Below the pieces are notes generated by a model. That model worked only from the letters and a program-made list of their open reading frames with translations, had not been told where the DNA came from and did not search any database. DNA of 63,779 nucleotides, the filler included, from Welwitschia mirabilis (Eukaryota): NCBI GenBank assembly GCA_051453625.1. It is 7 parts of one record of this genome, joined end to end, with 100 filler letters (N's around TTAATTAATTAA, not from the genome) between each part and the next. Parts side by side here need not be neighbours in the genome. Positions count along the whole stretch, not along the records: positions 1 to 14,162 come from JBOZIK010000001.1; positions 14,263 to 27,391 come from JBOZIK010000001.1; 5 more parts are not named here. One strand, given 5' to 3'. This document shows, piece by piece, positions 1 through 14,399 of the stretch. Each line of letters opens with the position of its first letter. Position 1 is the first letter of the stretch. The position numbers and the translations under genes were made by a program.

Positions 1-1564
1 ATTGTTATCCTCTTAGGTTAAGAGGATGATAGGAAAGATGATAGAGAAACAAAAAGAAAATGCAGAATTTTAAGTTGCAAAAATAAACCTATTTTAACCT
101 AAGCTAGAAGAGTACAGCACTAATTCAAAATAGATAACTTGAATAGAAAGATTCAAGATACTTACCTAATTAGTGACAATCCTCTCAGCTCCTTGCAGCC
201 TTCCCTGATAATGATGCCAAAATGTTGCAGTNNNNNNNNNNNNNNNNNNNNNNNNNNNNNNNNNNNNNNNNNNNNNNNNNNNNNNNNNNNNNNNNNNNNN
301 NNNNNNNNNNNNNNNNNNNNNNNNNNNNNNNNNNNNNNNNNNNNNNNNNNNNNNNNNNNNNNNNNNNNNNNNNNNNNNNNNNNNNNNNNNNNNNNNNNNN
401 NNNNNNNNNNNNNNNNNNNNNNNNNNNNNNNNNNNNNNNNNNNNNNNNNNNNNNNNNNNNNNNNNNNNNNNNNNNNNNNNNNNNNNNNNNNNNNNNNNNN
501 NNNNNNNNNNNNNNNNNNNNNNNNNNNNNNNNNNNNNNNNNNNNNNNNNNNNNNNNNNNNNNNNNNNNNNNNGAGATATACCCAAGTAAGACTTGAAATA
601 CAATATGAAAAGAAAGAAGAAACAATGCGAATCTATTCTAGTAAACAAGGTCAACCTTAATAAAGGTTGCCTTTATGGTCTAAATAAATCAAAGCTTGTC
701 ACTAACTAAGATCAACTTAAATCATAAGGGAGATATACAATAATGAGATGGAAGAAGAAATTATATTAATCTAATGAAATCAGAACAATATCCACTTACA
801 AAATTAAAACAATAGCACCTCAATAAGAGGGACACAGCCTAACANNNNNNNNNNNNNNNNNNNNNNNNNNNNNNNNNNNNNNNNNNNNNNNNNNNNNNNN
901 NNNNNNNNNNNNNNNNNNNNNNNNNNNNNNNNNNNNNNNNNNNNNNNNNNNNNNNNNNNNNNNNNNNNNNTGAAATTAGAGGCAAAACCCTAAAGGTGGG
1001 GAAAAAAATCCTAGCAACCCACATGAATCATTTGACTCCATTTACAACGAAATTTATTATGACAGTGTAAAAATAGTTGTCATCTTATCTATCGTCCACA
1101 TGATAGAGGGGATGATGCCATATTAATAGCTTTTCATTATATGCCATATGCAGTCATCAGTCCCATGGGTTGCCTATGCATAGTTCTAATTCCATTGTAA
1201 TGTATGTCATCTAGACAAACATGCAGATGCTGCCTTGTCATCATGTTCTGCTGTCAATGTTGCATACTTCTATCCACATTAGAAGTTTGATCATTCTAGG
1301 TGTCGTGGGGATGATAGAGGGAACAATGCTCTTCTTTTACTCTTTTCTCCAAGGTAAATCAATCTTTACATTGTAAAGTCCTTCCTCTAATCCTGTAGTA
1401 TTAGAATAAGATCAAAAAACTATCAATAATGCTAGATATCACATGTTTTGATGATCATCCTATTAAATCTTCATAGTCATCAGTATTGCATTAAAGCCTA
1501 TATGAATTTCCTACAAAAGTACTCAAAATACACCATCAAATTCCTGTAAATTGGCATCACAACA
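1..1564 (-). mobile_element. LTR of family A (TGTTG...CAACA, Athila-like Ty3/gypsy), partly in gaps
   Basis: 601-840 aligns by eye with 50260-50490. The terminus tactcaaaatacaccatcaaa...ttggcatcacaaca matches tactcaaaatacctatcaaa...ttggcagtgcaaca at 51071-51114. Confidence 0.7.
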
Positions 1565-1599
1565 AATATATATTTTAAAATTAGGGCCTTCACATAAGA

Positions 1600-4150
1600 A
1601 CATGATAAGAAACAATTACTATTACTCCTCCTTGTAAATGATAATAGAAATTATTAAATAAATAAGCATAAAAAAGTTTTAAAATCTTTATAAGGAAAGA
1701 AAAATAATTAGAATTTAGAAATCATAGAATTTATATTATGCTCATAAATATGCATGAAGTCTATGAAGATGGACAAATTTACAAGTTAAAATAATTTTAC
1801 TACATTCTCAAAATAATGACCAAAATAAAATGGAAATAGTTTGAATATAGCAAATAAAATTTCTACAATTATAGAACAGTAAATAGAAACAAGTTCTTCA
1901 TCTTTATGACTTTATTAAACATAATCTACATGTGCATTATTTCCTTGAAACAATTTTTCATCTTCTTATTTTAATTTAAAGAAGATGACTATTCATTCTT
2001 AACTTTTTAAGTAATTTTCTAATTTTGACTAGAATCGTAGCATTTAAATAAAGGATTCAAAAATATAATTCCCTCCTCTAATATTATAAAAATAAATCTA
2101 TTTCCCCATATAACTAAAAGGATAAATTTTTAGTGCCATTTTTTAATTTTTTTCCCCAAATTGATTTACATCATTGTTAAAAATAACAACATATAAATTC
2201 TATGTTCCTAACCATTTTTCCCGTCAAATGGTAAGCCTTGATTCTAAAATGCATCTAGCACTACCATTGTAGATTTTATTCCTTTAAAATTTTAAATCAT
2301 TTAGACATAAGCCAAAAATTAATAAAATGCTTTAACAACTAATGATAACATATTCAGTATGAATGAAAACATTTCATATTGTATTTGAAATTTCACTTGA
2401 AATTCCATAGAAAGGAATTTCTTTTAAACATTATTAAGTCATTTTCATAAATTTCTTAAAGTATCTAGTTCCCAAACTAGCATTTTATGTAGAATAATTA
2501 AAATAATAATTCTTGTAAAGAGGTTTTTTATAAACTTTAAAACTAAAGGATTAATCTTTTTACATCTAATAAAAATATCTAGTTCTTATACTAGCATTTC
2601 ATGGAGAAAAATTAGAATGAAAATTCTTAGAAAAATTAGAATGAAAATTTTCTTATGAAGTTTCAACATTAAATGATTAATTTTTATATCTATTAATCAA
2701 GGAATAAGGATTCTTTATATCATTCATAATTCTTTGATGCATACATTTATCTCATTTATAGTTTTTAAATCATTGAGAAATTGGAATTTTTTAAAACAAA
2801 GCAGCTATGATAATTTATTATCAAAAATAAATTTGTGATATTTTCTTTCACTATTATAACAAATGATTTTAGTTTTATCAAACATTTATTGTCAAACTTA
2901 AATAATTTAAAAATCCATCCAAATTACAAATAATTTATTTCATACCTCTTTTAAATGTGAAAATTCATGTAGCATCATCTGCACAAAGGAAAAGATTTAT
3001 TGGTAAGTCATTTATATTAATAAAATGATTTGTGTAAATATCATGCATTCATTCTTCTACTTTATCGATAAAAAATTTCAAACAAGATAGGAGGAATAGG
3101 ACATCCTTTTTTTAATATAAATTTTACTTAAAATTTCGAAAGAATATTTTGAACTAACATCTTTAAATCTAAAGGTAACTTATTCATATAATTTTTTAGT
3201 ACTAGAAATAAGATTGGTAGACATACCTATATTCAATTAGTTTTTTTAATTATTTTTCTTGAATTGCTAAATCATAAGTATTTAAGAAATTAAATAAAGC
3301 AAGGTCCTTCATAAAATCCAAGTACTAGTGAAAAGGGATTAAGTAATCAATGGTAGTATGATTTTGATGAAAACCTACCTATGAAAATACTCTAATTTTA
3401 TTTTAATATTTTCACATATAAATTGTTATTTGAATAGAATTCCAAAAGCATTTAAAATATATTTCTAATTATAATATGTCTGTAATTATTCAAATCTACT
3501 TTATTATCTTTGTTGAAGAGAATTACAACTTTGATAGTTTTCCATTTTCTACTCAAACCTTTATGAAATTTCATATCTAGTTTCTTACATATTTATTTAT
3601 ATATATGACTTTGTTCTCATTTAAGAAATTTTGCATAAAGGTTAAAACTCTTCATTTCTTTACCTTAATTTTTAAATATTTGCTACAATTTATTAAAAGT
3701 TATCTAGATGCTAGCACATGGAAATGACATATGCTTTTTTATTCCCTTAGAACTAAAAATATTTTCAAAGAACCGTTTAAGTTTTTAAATAAAAATTTAA
3801 ACTTCTCTTTTTTGTAATGATGTAAAAATTTAAAAATAAATGAAAAATAAGAAAATAATATTTTTGAGTGAGCTAAATAATATTACTGACAATCATTGGC
3901 AATGATGTTAGAATTTTATTATATGTGAAAGATGATATTTAAAACCATCTTGATGTTTATCAATTTAAAATGCACTTCTTCTCTAATAGAGATATCTCCT
4001 AGCTACTAATCATGGTAGTTTTAAAATAGTAGTTAGGTCCATTAGTTATGCTAGATTTTATTACAATTTTTTGGTCCACAAGGACTACAAGAGCTATCTA
4101 ATGCTCATAATCATTCATGTAGAACATATAATCTAATGGAAAGAAGTATT
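1600..4150 (-). mobile_element. highly decayed Ty3/gypsy (chromovirus-like) pol remnant: RT, RNase H, integrase
   Basis: Minus-strand remnants resembling AYHPQTDGQSERT (about 2195-2245), WKWE (about 2380-2420) and the RT MPFGL region (about 3710-3760); many stops. Confidence 0.5.
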
Positions 4151-4157
4151 ATGCATT

Positions 4158-5115
4158 TGAATGGTTCTTAGAGTATCTAAAATAATAAATTTTTTAATAT
4201 TAAAGTTAATAATAAATGATGTAGTTATAGTATATCAAGCACTTAAGCCCATGCAAAAATTATTCTTTCATGTCATTAGAATTAAGTAAGAACTAATACC
4301 TTATTTTATTTTTATACATGTTTACAAAACTAGGGAAAATTAGTTACATTATAAGAACTTTAATCAAAATCTCTTCAATTTATTAAATAGAACTCAATTC
4401 TAGTTCTTTGTATTATTTTATAAGAAGAACCAAAAAAGTAATCTTTCAATTAAATCCAAAGTTACCTCTATCCTAGTACTTATTTCTAAGACTTATAAAA
4501 TATTTTATATAAAGATAATGTATAATTAAAAATGAAAATTTTCTCTTTAGAAAGGATGGCATGATAATTATCAATCTTGAAAATCTATATTTAGTAAAGT
4601 AATAACATATATCACATAGATATTTAGTGAAAAATAAAATAATATAACCTTAAAAACTCACTAAGGTAATTAAAATAGTAAGCTATAAAACATCATTTAA
4701 TCAAAATAGAAAAGAATATAAGCCTATGTTAAATATTATCCTATAGAAATGGGGTCTAGACTTAGGATAGAAAAGGTATTTTACAAGAAATTAGAAAAAT
4801 TATAGCACATGTTAAAAACCGCCCCTCTTTTAATGGTGAAAGGTCTTTATATACAATGAAAAACTAACTATAATATTTTTTAGATTAATGAGGTTTACAA
4901 TTTATTATTTTGTTCTTATTAGGTTCTTGTTATTTCTAGCAAGGTATCATATTTATACAAACCTTATTTTGATTAAATTCTAAGTAATATAAATAATAAC
5001 TATTAGGCCTAATATTTTATAGTAATCTACCTAAGACAAATATCAATTATTAGATCTAATTTTAGTTAATATTCTATATATATATATATAATATAACAAA
5101 AATTAAGTTCCATCA
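4158..5115 (-). mobile_element. LTR of family B (3' LTR of an Athila-like element)
   Basis: Aligns at both ends with 25645-26566; both copies end aattaagttccatca. It is flanked by cacccctaaac, i.e. a PPT-like gtttaggggtg on the minus strand. Confidence 0.75.
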
Positions 5116-8100
5116 CACCCCTAAACATACCCTTTTTAAGTTTTTGTTTTTGTTGTTAACGTACACTTTTGAGAACTGAACTCATAAGTACAAAAACATG
5201 GGAGACTATTATATCATTAGGATTACCTTATTATATGTCCTCATGAAAGTTTTATAAAAATAAAAATTAGATTTATTTATTTTTAAATTAATAGCTTCTT
5301 TTTTATAACTAGTTTTTTGAATTTTTTTTAAAATTTGAAGGGTCTTTCTAATTCTTATTTTTTCTCTAAAGCCAATTTCTATGCTATAGACTCAAATGCA
5401 CTTTTTGTAATTTCTTAGTTTTTCTAATTCTTTATATACTTTCTATTATTTTCTTAATTCTCCTTTTGATAAAATGAAGTCTCCACTCTGAGGATGTACT
5501 TTGATTAAAGTTGCCTTATATTCTTTAATCTTCCCTTTAATAGTAATGGTTGTAGTTTTTTCAATGTCAAGATTGGAACATTCATCAAGCCAAGATATTT
5601 GTTTTGATTAAGTATCCAACATAGTCATAAGATTCACAGTTGAATTTTCTGAGTAGATTCAACATGTTTTTTCAAATTTATTTAAAACTATTCAGAATAG
5701 TACTAACTCTATCTAAAGTGATATCCCTTTTTGTTTTCTAAACTTCTAAAACATCTTTAAAAGGGAATTATCCTTTAAATGAAAATTCCCTATTCTATTT
5801 CATCTTTTTTGTACTAGACTGTTCATTTGGACTAATTGTTAAATTATTCTTAAAGATAAAATATAGCTATAATTAAGTATTAGGTTACAATTCTATATTT
5901 TTTAATGGGATTATCGCATTAGAAATGAATTTTTTTATTTTTTAAATCATACATAATCATGATTTGAGGCATTCTAAATCTCCCAATGTTAATATAATCT
6001 TTATCAAATGTTAAATCCTTTCTCAAGTACCTTCTTAGCCTAGTACTATCTTTATTTAAATTTGTATTCTCATCCTTTAACCTAAAAATATTAATTCTCT
6101 AATAAACATATTCTATTATTTATCTGTAAGACTTCTTAAATCCTAAAATAATTATTCTTTTTTTAAAAAAATTGTATTATTCTAAACTTTTAATTCTCTA
6201 TAGTAACTTTTGGTTTATTCTCTATAAGTCTTGATTTGTCTTTATCAAGATCTTTATCAAGATTTTAATTTTATTTATAAAATGATCATTTTCTTCTTTA
6301 AGTATCATTTTTTTATATTTTAAGAGTATTGAATCTAACACTTAAAGTTATTATAAAAATAAGAATATGAGTAATGAATAAGGGTTATTTATTACTTGAT
6401 GATTTTATCATTAGGTTTTTTTTAAACTTTTGTAAATGAATTTATCATGTATATTATAATAGCTTTGTAGTTGTGGAATCCTAGATCCCCTATTTAGGTG
6501 ATGTTTTATTCCATCTTTATGAGTAAAACCTTTACTTTTAAATCTTTTCTCCTTTCATAATTCTAGAAGTTTATCCTATAGTTGCTTATGAGTTTTTCTT
6601 CTTTTATTATTCTATTATAGCTATTTCTATTATAATAGAATAATATGGTTTCTTAAAATTTTATTTTCTTTTTTTTAATTCTTCTATTTCTTTAAAATTT
6701 CTAAAAGAGAAATTGCTAGAATGGGAATTTATTAACTATAATTGCTTAATTTTAAAGAAAAATAATTATAGTAGTTATAAAATTAGCATTTGATTCATTT
6801 CTTATAGTTTTTAAAACTTCTTTTATAGTGGGAATTATAATGGATAGTGATGAACATGGTTGTAAATTAAATTCTTCAAAATTAATTTGGTTAAGTTTGA
6901 TGTTGATAGAGAGTATAGAATCAGGTCAAACTATTGTAGAAGTTCTTTGTTAAACACCTCTAAAAGCTTCAAGAGGCTACTCCTTCTACTCTAATTCTAT
7001 AGTAGTATTTTTATTTTCCATTTGTAATTAAAAATTAAACTTTCATTTTACATCTTTGTATTAGAATTTTATCAAGATATCTTTTACAATAATAAGAAGT
7101 GAAAATTTTAAGTTCAACCATTCACATTAATTCACAAAAAAATTATTAAAAACCTTTATAAAATTTTCTTAATGAAAACTTGAGTAAGATAGAGTAATAT
7201 ACTATGTTGTCACTATTCCTTGTTTTTCTACTAGCATTTGGTTTCTTATAGTTGTCATTTTATTTAAGATAGTTTGGATTAAATTTATATCTAAAGTATT
7301 ACTTTGATCAAATCTTACTTCTAAACATTGAATCCAATAGAATTTAGATTTCTTTTCTTAATGCTAATTGCAAGTATGTTGTTGTATACAATTTTAAAAT
7401 CCAAAAATCCAATGGAGTTGATTTCTTTATCATAATTTTCTCTTCTCTCACTAGTTGGCTCACATTCATCAAGAATTTCCTACTTAGGGGTTTTAGTTTA
7501 TTTCTTTCTTCTACTTTTAAAATGAAAACTTCAGCACACTCAAGTAACTATAACAAACTTTGTATAAATTATTTACTAAATTATAGATTTATCTTGGTAA
7601 TAGAACTTCAAAGAACTATTTTTATACTATCTTTTATAATTTGTTCTAAAGAACTGTAAAACTATTAAATGTGAGATTTTAAATATTTCCCTTTTAATGT
7701 TAATAATTTTATTCATTTAAGCTCTATTATGTAATTTTTTCAAAGAAAAATAATAATCCACCTCTGGTGCTATTACAATTTCTAAAATGAAAATAATAGA
7801 GTTTTACTTAAGGACTAACTTATAGGATTCTGGCTTCTAAAATAATGAAAATACTAAGAGGTAATTAAAAGATTCGTATCTATGATATGTGCTTTACTAG
7901 ATAATTCCATGAAAGTTAATTTTAAAAAGTATGCAAGTTATAAGTTTACTAAATTTAGAAGCACTACCTTGTAAATTTTTGAACTACTAGTGAAAGTAGG
8001 ATTGTAGTAGGATGGATTTCATTTAAATTCCTCTCTTTTACCTACCTATACATACTTCGTTAACTTCTTATGTAGTCATTTGAGCTAAAACTTTTGAACA

Positions 8101-8854
8101 TTAAGTTTATAATTTAATTTTCATAATTCAATCTTTAACATCAAAAAACATAATTCAAAACATGTTTTAAGTATCTAGGCCTTTTTCTTAAAATGCCTAC
8201 ATGTTTGACCTTGTTGTTAATATAGTTTGTGTAAATGATAAGTTATCATCATCTCTTCATTTTAATAATGATTATAAGTATTTATTTTATATTTTTCCTT
8301 TGATATTATTATATATCAACATGACAACAATAGTCATTAATATTAAATGATGATATCTCATTTAGAGAACTCATTGTTAACTAAGAATGAGACATCATTA
8401 CATACAATGATTTAATCTTATCAAATGATAGTTCTCAAATGATGAGTCATTATTATGTATTTCTTTTATTAATTATTAAATATCTTAATTAACTAATTTT
8501 AAAAAATTAACAAAAGAATTATCAATGATGGGCCAGATTATTTAATAATGATCTTTGTCTAAATAAGAATTCATTGTTAATGATAAGATACTATTACAAT
8601 GATAGATCATCATTAACTTAGGATGATCCCATTTACATGACTCAGTCACCATTTAGGCCTTATCCTAATGACAAGTCCATTGCTTAGATAAGTTATCTCC
8701 CACTTCGTGAGAGACAACTAATTATTTGACAAAAAAAATTTTTATACAAAGACTTGTAAAAAATGGATCATTATTAAGTTAACCCTTTATTAGTACTGAT
8801 ATGTCATACATTTATCTCTTCTATGTGCTTTTGTAAGGTAGAAGATGGATATCT

Positions 8855-8891
8855 TTATTATTATAATAATAATAATAATTATTATTATTAT
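8855..8891. repeat. (ATT)n/(AAT)n microsatellite
   Basis: Read directly from the sequence. Confidence 0.8.
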
Positions 8892-10249
8892 GCATTATTG
8901 TTATAAAGTTTTATACTTAATGTAGTATATAATCATTCACTTTTATATAAACCTTATAATATTATTTAGCAATGTATTCATTCTGAATTAACTCTAAGGT
9001 AAAATTACATAATATTGAAATTAATAAAATAATTTGACATAAATAGATCTATGCTACTTTATATGATAGTTAGAAAACTTATACAATAGATAGAAACTTT
9101 CTATGATAATATAAAAACTTTTTGATAATTAGAAAGTTGCTATACAAGTCATACCTATTTGTTATCTAATTTTCTAGATAATTATTCTTATTGTACTACT
9201 ATGATTGTTCCTTCATAAAAATAATATTTACTTATTAGATAGTAAACAACTTTTCTTTCTTTATATATTTCAGGTAATTTAGATGAAGTATTCATGGCTA
9301 ACAATTATTATTTCTAATGTGAACCAATAAAATATGTGTAGATGAAAAGTACTTACATGATATTTCTAAACAAATTATATAAATCTCTTTGATGTTAAGT
9401 AAGTTACATGCCTAGTTTTTCTACACATCTATTAATAATAGATTCTTAAACTTTGTTATTCATAAATACAAGTATAAAGTTTAGACTTATTATAATCACT
9501 TCATTTTAACCTATTCTAGTCTAATATTACTTATTCCTTTGATCCCTTTTAAAATGAACTTCAACTTCTTAAATTTTGATTCTTCATCCATTAAATCAAA
9601 ATATCTCCTCAATAAAGTTTCTATTTTATCTAAAAATAAAAGAATCAAGATTAAATTCATTAAGATGAATGATACTAGAGTTCTAATATTAGAGTTATTC
9701 TCAAAAACTTATATTCTAGTTGAGTGTAGCAGAGGAGATCAAGCAAAGTGGAGTAGAGCAAAGTAATAATGCTAGGATTTTATTTTTAGAATACACGATA
9801 GTAGTCTAACAGGTGTTCTCACTCTAATCTAGCATGTCTTCCATGCACTGGAGTGTGTCATCTCTTGTGGGTTCTCTGTGTAAGTGTGTTTTTTTTACTT
9901 GAAGGCATTTTGGAGGTAGTTTTGAGTTTTTGGGATTCTTTTTTGGTGTAAAACATCTCTAATGTGCTATCTATTTAGGTCCTTAATTATTCTATCTATT
10001 GTAGAAACCCAAAAGAATGTAGTAGCATATGCTTAGATCTTACATTGATTTTCATACTCCTAAAGGGAGGTTTTTTAATCAATAACTTATGAATCCAAAA
10101 AATCCTAAAGACGAGCTTAAGTGGATTTGAGGTGTCTAAGGTAGTGAAAGTGAGTTTTGGCTCTCTAATGATGATAGCATCATCAAGTACCAAATCTTAT
10201 GTAGCATTAGTGGAACAAAGATAATCTCAAATATTTTCTAACTTGGATT

Positions 10250-11760
10250 TTAGCTTTAAGCATGAAGAGGATATCATTTAAAGATACCCATTAATTATTC
10301 TAACCATTTAGAGGCTTATTTTAGAAACAGCCTTATGGACAAATTTCAATCCTCAAGAGGGCTTCCATTCATTAAAAAAGTGTGTTTATGGTGTGATCAA
10401 AAAATTTTTATAAGTTTTAAAATAATCCCTCTTAGAGATGGATTGTTTTATTTCATTTTTAATACTAAAAAAAATGAATAAAGTTTTAGCAAAAAGGCCT
10501 TATTTTTTAATCATATAGGTTTAGCCTTAATTAAATGATCCCTCTTCATACTTAACTAGCCCTCTATTTCTAAAAATATTCAAGTTTAGATCTATATCTC
10601 AACCCTCACTAAGAAATATGGCATTCTAATTTTTTTGAGTAACTTAATGATATGTTAGAAGAGTTTGTTAAACTTAGTAGGAATATAAATCTAATGGTAA
10701 AAATGGCAATGGCTATAATATGTATTTATATGAAACCATATATCTTCAATGTGAAAAACGTAATCCTAGATATTATGTGGAAAGAATTAGTTTTTAAACT
10801 TGAAATCAAAAATATTTTGTTGTAATACTCAAAGTGTGAAGAAAATGGACAAATGATGGAGAAATGCAAGGAAAAATGAGAAGGTAAAAGAAATGATTAG
10901 CAAGAAGCTATGAAAAATAGATCATAAAAATAAGCTAGCTTCAATCCCAAAAAATGATTCAATCACATAAGAAAACAAATATGACATTCTATTAGAGGAC
11001 AAGATGCTGAAAAAAAACAAAAAAATGAGCATGAATTGGCTAAATAGGAGTACATTAAGTGCATCTACAACACACTAGTTATCGAGTCATAGTAGTAGTC
11101 ACACAAGTAGACACAAATGAAAATGGGACATGAATTAAAAAAATTGGTAATAGTGTAGACAACTATGTTTTACACATACTTATAGCTAATAAAATTAAAA
11201 AATCTAGGCAGACAAATAGAAGAATCAAAATAAATACCAAAAATGATAAAATCAAAGAGGAGATAAAGGAGGACATCTGAGATGATAAGCAATCTCAACT
11301 CTTCTTTCAATGATTATTTTCTAGAATTTCAAAGGCCTTGGGAATGACCAAATAATTTTCCATCTTTGGAGTCTTCTAAAGCACTCACCAGTGTCTATGT
11401 GTACTCTTTAAGAAATAAGGATTAATTTTATAAAAATTAGCCTCTTTTATATAAAGTTTTCTTAGTCCTTTATTTTAGTTCTAAATATGGACACAAAAGG
11501 AGAACTGATGATTCTTTGGAAGCATGGTAGCACTACTACTATTAGTAAAAGCAAAAACCACCTCATAATTGAATGGATTTCAATGATAAAAAGAGAAGAA
11601 TCACCAATTTCTATAGGCTTGATGAAGTAGATCAAATACTATAATGCTTGCATTGTATTATGTTAGATTCTCTAGATATCATTATGGGTGACTTGAATCA
11701 GATCTTTATCCCTCATGAAAAACTTAATAATGTTCCTAGCATATCTACTATTTATATATT
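10250..11760 (+). mobile_element. decayed L1-like LINE, ORF1 and endonuclease remnant
   Basis: KVLAKRPYF at about 10480-10506 resembles the ORF1 VLxxGPW motif. IIMGDLNQIFIPHEK at about 11678-11722 resembles the endonuclease GDFN...EK motif. Cut off by the LTR at 11768. Confidence 0.45.
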
Positions 11761-11767
11761 TATTAAG

Positions 11768-14162
11768 TGTTGCGTAGCCAATTTCTAGTTATTTGATGGG
11801 TTTTATAAGTTGTTTGACAAGACTTTTATATAAGTTTTAGTGCAAATCTGAGGATTTTGGATATGCAAGAGGAAATCTCAAAAAAGTGCAGATATTATTC
11901 AAATTTAATGTATTTAAGGAACTTTCTAGTGAATAGATCTTTTTATGATAAAACGGTTAAGTTTCTCCTCATGAGATACATTAAAGAAGACTGTCGTCTC
12001 TTTTGTCATCTCCACAATAATATCAGATGATGACTGCTAACATGGACTACTAACTCATCACTTTGGGAGATATTTTATAATGTTCTGTTATCCCCAGGGT
12101 TGTCTTGATAATAGCCTGGATGACACTAATATGTAACTATCACTGACAGATTCTCTTAATCGTTTCATCCATTTCCAAACCCTTAATGAGCATGCATAAT
12201 CACATCTTCTATTTGTCCATTTTTATTATATTTTCTATAAATAANNNNNNNNNNNNNNNNNNNNNNNNNNNNNNNNNNNNNNNNNNNNNNNNNNNNCAAG
12301 AGAGTAAAGGGTGGGAGATCCATCTTTGTGAGTTGCAAAAAGACGAGCACTTGGTAGAGGCTTATTCTCTTCTATTAAAACCTGGCTATTTTATAACCTG
12401 GATGAACATTTCTCTTTTAATATAAATCTTTGTTTTATTTATGTTTGCATTGTAGATTTTCTTATGACCCTTATAGTCTAAAGTTGCCCAAGAACTAGTG
12501 ACAATTTCTTGGATGATATAGATTACCAAGGGTAGCTCTTATTAGGGTTGAAAGGTAAGTGGGGTTAAGGCATTTGCATTGCATGTTAGATTAAATTGCA
12601 TCTTGCACCTTGCATGTTAGTTTTATTTACTTGCATTGTTATTTATCATTTCTGATTCAAGATTTATGTTGCTAAAGCAACCTAAGTTTCTTTATGGATT
12701 AGACTTCAATGAGATACAACATTTGGATCACTCCCATTATTTTAGTGTGATATATTATGCATAATATATATTTTGATTACTAATGATAAAATTTGTTTGA
12801 ATGTTAAAACATGCATAATACACACTGCAACAAATTGAAATCATTGCTGGGGAAGGCTATCGAAGGAGTACAAAGGTTGTCATTGTTTAGATAAGTATTT
12901 CGGTTATTTGTCTATATGACATTCTATTTTATTAGAAGCTTTAAGTTTTTTGTATGATATATTTTTAGTTTTAGTTCTCAATTTTTTTGGGTTTTTTTCA
13001 TTTTCGGTTTTAAGTTTTAATTTTTTTTATAGAAAAATAGTGTGCAATTTCAGTTTTTCATTTTATTTTTAGGTTTATTTTTAGATTTTGATTTTTTGTA
13101 ATAAATTAGTTTCTATCATCTCTTGTGACATTCGAACAACTAGAAGGACGACAGATGCTTTTTGTGTTTTTCCTATTTATGTGTTTGCATTTTGGTTTTA
13201 TTTTTGTTTTTCTATTTTCTATATACATTGTTTCATCTGTCGTCCTCACAACAAACAGGATGACAGTACATTATTTTTAATTTGTTTTTTATTTTTTTCT
13301 ATTTATAGAAATTGTAGTGTGATTGGTACAGCAAAAGGCTTATCAAAGGAGGGGAAAAAGGCCTGCTGACAGGAACACAAACCCCAGATGCATGTATTAT
13401 TTTTTCAAACTCATTTAGCACCTATCTTATCCTTGAACTAAAATTTTTTTCCCTCTCATTATTTTCAAAAATGAATAGTGATAGATGTAAAAACAAATCT
13501 CAAGATGAAAGTAAGAAAATAGTTGGGGAACTTATTGTTGAATTAAAAAGAAAAAATGTTGAAGATGAAAGTAAGAAAACAAATAGAGAGCTCTTAGCAG
13601 AAAAGGGGATACCAACACAAAGAGATGTTGAGATTAGGGCTAGGAGCCATTCCTTTTTTCAATTACCTTATTATTCCCCCTTTTTTTTTTGCAAAATCAA
13701 TATGAAACTAATGAACAAAATCTTAGGGATTTAACCTCATTGTCATCTAATTGCTTTTACCCATCCCATCCATCCCCCACAACTTGATTACATCTCTCAA
13801 TAATGAAGAAGAGGATGGCTATTTAGTTGATGATGATGAGGTGCTAGTATTAAATGAAGAAAGCATTATCGAGTATCTCTATGGTGATGATCACATCTCC
13901 CCAACAGATGAAAGCAACATACAACAAAATGAAGAGAAAAGTAAAGAAGAAGAGGAGAAGGATATCATTGAGATTTTAGATCATATTCCAAAATTTCACA
14001 TATTTTGTAAAGATGAAGAAGTTCCATTAATCTATGAAATTTAACTTTTAAAATTAATATCAATGGGCATGAAGAAAATAGAAAATGATCAACTCAATTT
14101 AGATGAGGATTATAGTTTTAAGTTGATAGAGTTATTTAAAGAGTAAGAGAAATCAAACATGA
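11768..14162 (+). mobile_element. family A element 5' part: LTR 11768-12832, PBS remnant about 12835-12854, leader, decayed acidic ORF 13471-14160
   Basis: Starts TGTTG and ends gcaaca. It is followed by ttgaaatcattgctggggaa, a decayed form of the tRNA-Asp-type PBS tggcgccgttgccgggga known from Athila elements. Reverse-complement similarity to 50015-51114. Confidence 0.7.
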
Positions 14163-14206
14163 NNNNNNNNNNNNNNNNNNNNNNNNNNNNNNNNNNNNNN
14201 NNNNNN

Positions 14207-14218
14207 TTAATTAATTAA
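14207..14218. other. artificial scaffolding spacer TTAATTAATTAA inside 100-bp N gaps (also at 27436, 43812, 58403, 60511, 62065)
   Basis: The identical 12-mer, with stops in all six frames, is centred in N runs six times. Confidence 0.95.
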
Positions 14219-14262
14219 NNNNNNNNNNNNNNNNNNNNNNNNNNNNNNNNNNNNNNNNNNNN

Positions 14263-14341
14263 GTGTTGTATTTTGCATCTTATTATAATTAACAGGATTA
14301 AGATTGAAACGTGAACTATTGCACAAATACACACCGCAACA
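14263..14341 (+). mobile_element. 3' terminus of a family A LTR
   Basis: tattttgcatcttatt(t)ataattaacaggatt...caaca is shared with 45540-45615. Confidence 0.65.
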
Positions 14342-14399
14342 AGCACGAAATCTAGAAAAAAGTTATTTAGATATCTCATACAATCATGGTAACATAGTT

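Noticed and set aside
139..660. Long ORFs made of X residues (also 18899-19750, 59095-59982, 62576-62878)
   Set aside because: They only read through N gaps.
14207..14218. Recurrent palindrome TTAATTAATTAA
   Set aside because: Always centred in 100-bp N gaps; an artificial spacer.
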